Assembly (NCBI GenBank): GCA_043754515.1
Contig: JAYUUO010000017.1
Location: forward strand, 1 to 18,703
Reading direction: 5' to 3'
Source of the DNA: Armatimonadota bacterium
GTDB taxonomy: Bacteria > Armatimonadota > Armatimonadia > Armatimonadales > Armatimonadaceae
DNA length: 18,703 nucleotides
Every line of letters starts with the position of its first letter. Positions within the stretch are counted from its first letter, which is position 1. A program made the translations under genes and the position numbers. Shown in pieces: positions 17,463-18,703 of the stretch. Below the pieces are notes generated by a model. The model made no database searches. It saw only the letters and a program-made list of their open reading frames with translations, and had not been told where the DNA came from.

Positions 17463-17972
17463 TCAAAGCGACAGCGCGAGTTGCACAGAGTCACCCGGCA
17501 GACTCATCGCGGCGATACGCGCCGTTCGCGCCGCCCCGAAGCCACGTACCTCGCGCAACCGACCATCCCGCGCCGCGCGCACTAACTCCTCTTTGCTCTC
17601 AACACCCAGTACCTCATGCGCGCGCGTCGCGAACGACGGGCCGATGCCGGGAATGCCGCGGACGACATCCGCGACGTACGCGGGCGCGGAGCGCAGGAAC
17701 TCGTCGTACTGTGACAACTCGCCCGACGCGGCCATCTCGCCGATCTTAGCATGAAGGCGCGTGCCGATGTGTTGCCACGGGCGAAAGCCGACGCGCTCCT
17801 TGCCTTCCAGGATCTCACGCGCCTCTTTGCGAAGCCCCATCATCGCCCGACCCGCGCGCTCATACGCCGCGATCCGGTACGGATTAGCTTGCGGATCGGA
17901 CTTCAAAAGCGTCGCCATGTTGAAAAGAACTGCCGCCATATCACGGTTCGCCATCTGCTTTGTCGTGTCCAC
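17463..17972 (-). CDS. Stand-alone PolX N-terminal (8-kDa + fingers) helix-hairpin-helix protein
   Basis: NRDMAAVLFNMATLL..NPYRIAAYERA, HIGTRLHAKI, IPGIGP and GRLREVRGFG match the N-terminus of bacterial PolX. No palm or PHP domain follows. The GTG start has GAAGGAG 8 nt upstream. Confidence 0.85.
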   Translation of the reverse strand: MDTTKQMANRDMAAVLFNMATLLKSDPQANPYRIAAYERAGRAMMGLRKEAREILEGKERVGFRPWQHIGTRLHAKIGEMAASGELSQYDEFLRSAPAYVADVVRGIPGIGPSFATRAHEVLGVESKEELVRAARDGRLREVRGFGAARTARIAAMSLPGDSVQLALSL

Positions 17973-18077
17973 TATATAAACTCCTTCATGACTTGCGATA
18001 GGTATTGTAGACTATTGTATCACACAATCGTTTGCTTTTTCAGGCGAACGGTGTTTGGAAAGCGGGTACAATGCCGC

Positions 18078-18533
18078 ATGACCATACGCAGTTTTCTGTT
18101 CTATGTTTTCCCCCTTCTCCTATGGATGCTGATTATTTTCAGTTGGTCAACCGACTTCGGTTCGTCGCAACACACCGGTTCGCTGATTGATAGAATCTTC
18201 GCGACTGTCCCCGTGTTGCGCGAACTGCCCGCCCACGTCATTGAGGGGTTCAAGTACAGTATACGCAAGACGGCGCATATTTCGGAATATGCAATCTTGG
18301 CGGTGCTCGCGAGCCGCGCCATCAGGCGAGGTCGGACAGCGACAACCGCGAAGGATATCTGGATGCCGGTCCTGCTCTGTTTTCTATACGCCTCGACGGA
18401 TGAGTACCACCAGTCGTTCGTGCCATCGCGATTCGCGAGCATCTACGATGTGATGTATGACACGTTCGGCGGTATTGTGGGGGTAGGCGTGAGTTGGGCG
18501 TTGTCGCGGGCGAGACAATGGGCCGGGGCTTAA
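18078..18533 (+). CDS. VanZ-family membrane protein
   Basis: LLWMLIIFSWS, IRKTAHISEYAIL, YASTDEYHQSFVPSR and DVMYDTFG. ATG 18078 is preceded by TACAAT at 18067-18072. Confidence 0.92.
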   Translation: MTIRSFLFYVFPLLLWMLIIFSWSTDFGSSQHTGSLIDRIFATVPVLRELPAHVIEGFKYSIRKTAHISEYAILAVLASRAIRRGRTATTAKDIWMPVLLCFLYASTDEYHQSFVPSRFASIYDVMYDTFGGIVGVGVSWALSRARQWAGA

Positions 18534-18605
18534 TGGTGACCAGAGACATAACGGCGGCAGGAATCGTGTTATCCCGCGCCCGTGGGGTGACCCAAGAAGC
18601 AGAAC

Positions 18606-18637
18606 AGCCCCGACATGCCGTGAGGCATATCGGGGCT
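18606..18637. terminator. GC-rich hairpin, probable terminator (better paired on the minus strand)
   Basis: AGCCCCGA-C-ATGCC gtga GGCAT-A-TCGGGGCT. The C/A mismatch becomes a G-U pair on the minus strand, which is followed by GTTCTGCTTCTT. Confidence 0.55.
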
Positions 18638-18703
18638 TGCAGTCGGACAGCGTATGCTGTCGTTCACTTAATCTGGCGTCGTGCTATCTTCCCAGAGGCT
18701 TGT

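Noticed and set aside
17751..18077. N-terminal extension of vanZ (and likewise McrB 16843-17019)
   Set aside because: These extensions overlap other supported genes. Family similarity begins at ATG 18078 for vanZ, and ATG 16842 is the plausible McrB start.
18668..18703. 3' end of a minus-strand gene (TSLWEDSTTPD*)
   Set aside because: Eleven codons are too few to support a call, although the hairpin at 18606-18637 would fit a convergent gene.

Overview
This is a GC-rich bacterial window mixing housekeeping/carbohydrate genes with two defence-type genes. From left to right: (1) the right end of an IS982-family element (transposase C-terminus plus terminal inverted repeat) inserted into the 3' end of (2) a large Eco57I/type IIG-like m6A restriction-modification gene on the minus strand. 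That gene also carries an in-frame 148-bp REP-like element (perfect 47-bp inverted repeats) and an AT-richer C-terminal specificity module. (3) A GH29 alpha-L-fucosidase, aldo/keto reductase and YphC-like Zn-dehydrogenase cluster. (4) A HEAT-repeat protein followed by trpD, trpC and rbsK. (5) On the minus strand: pgi, a Pro/Thr-linker lipoprotein with a five-repeat C-terminal domain, an AT-richer membrane protein, an McrB-like AAA+ GTPase with no McrC partner nearby, a BLH/PTP-like phosphatase, tRNA-Arg(TCT) and a stand-alone PolX N-terminal HhH protein. (6) A VanZ-family gene on the plus strand. The most unusual items are the palindromic insert in the methyltransferase (inverting its spacer would create a stop codon), the IS982 truncation of that gene, the orphan McrB in a tRNA-linked gene run, and the catalytic-domain-less PolX with a possible clamp-binding tail. 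All family calls come from motif recognition by eye; no searches were run.
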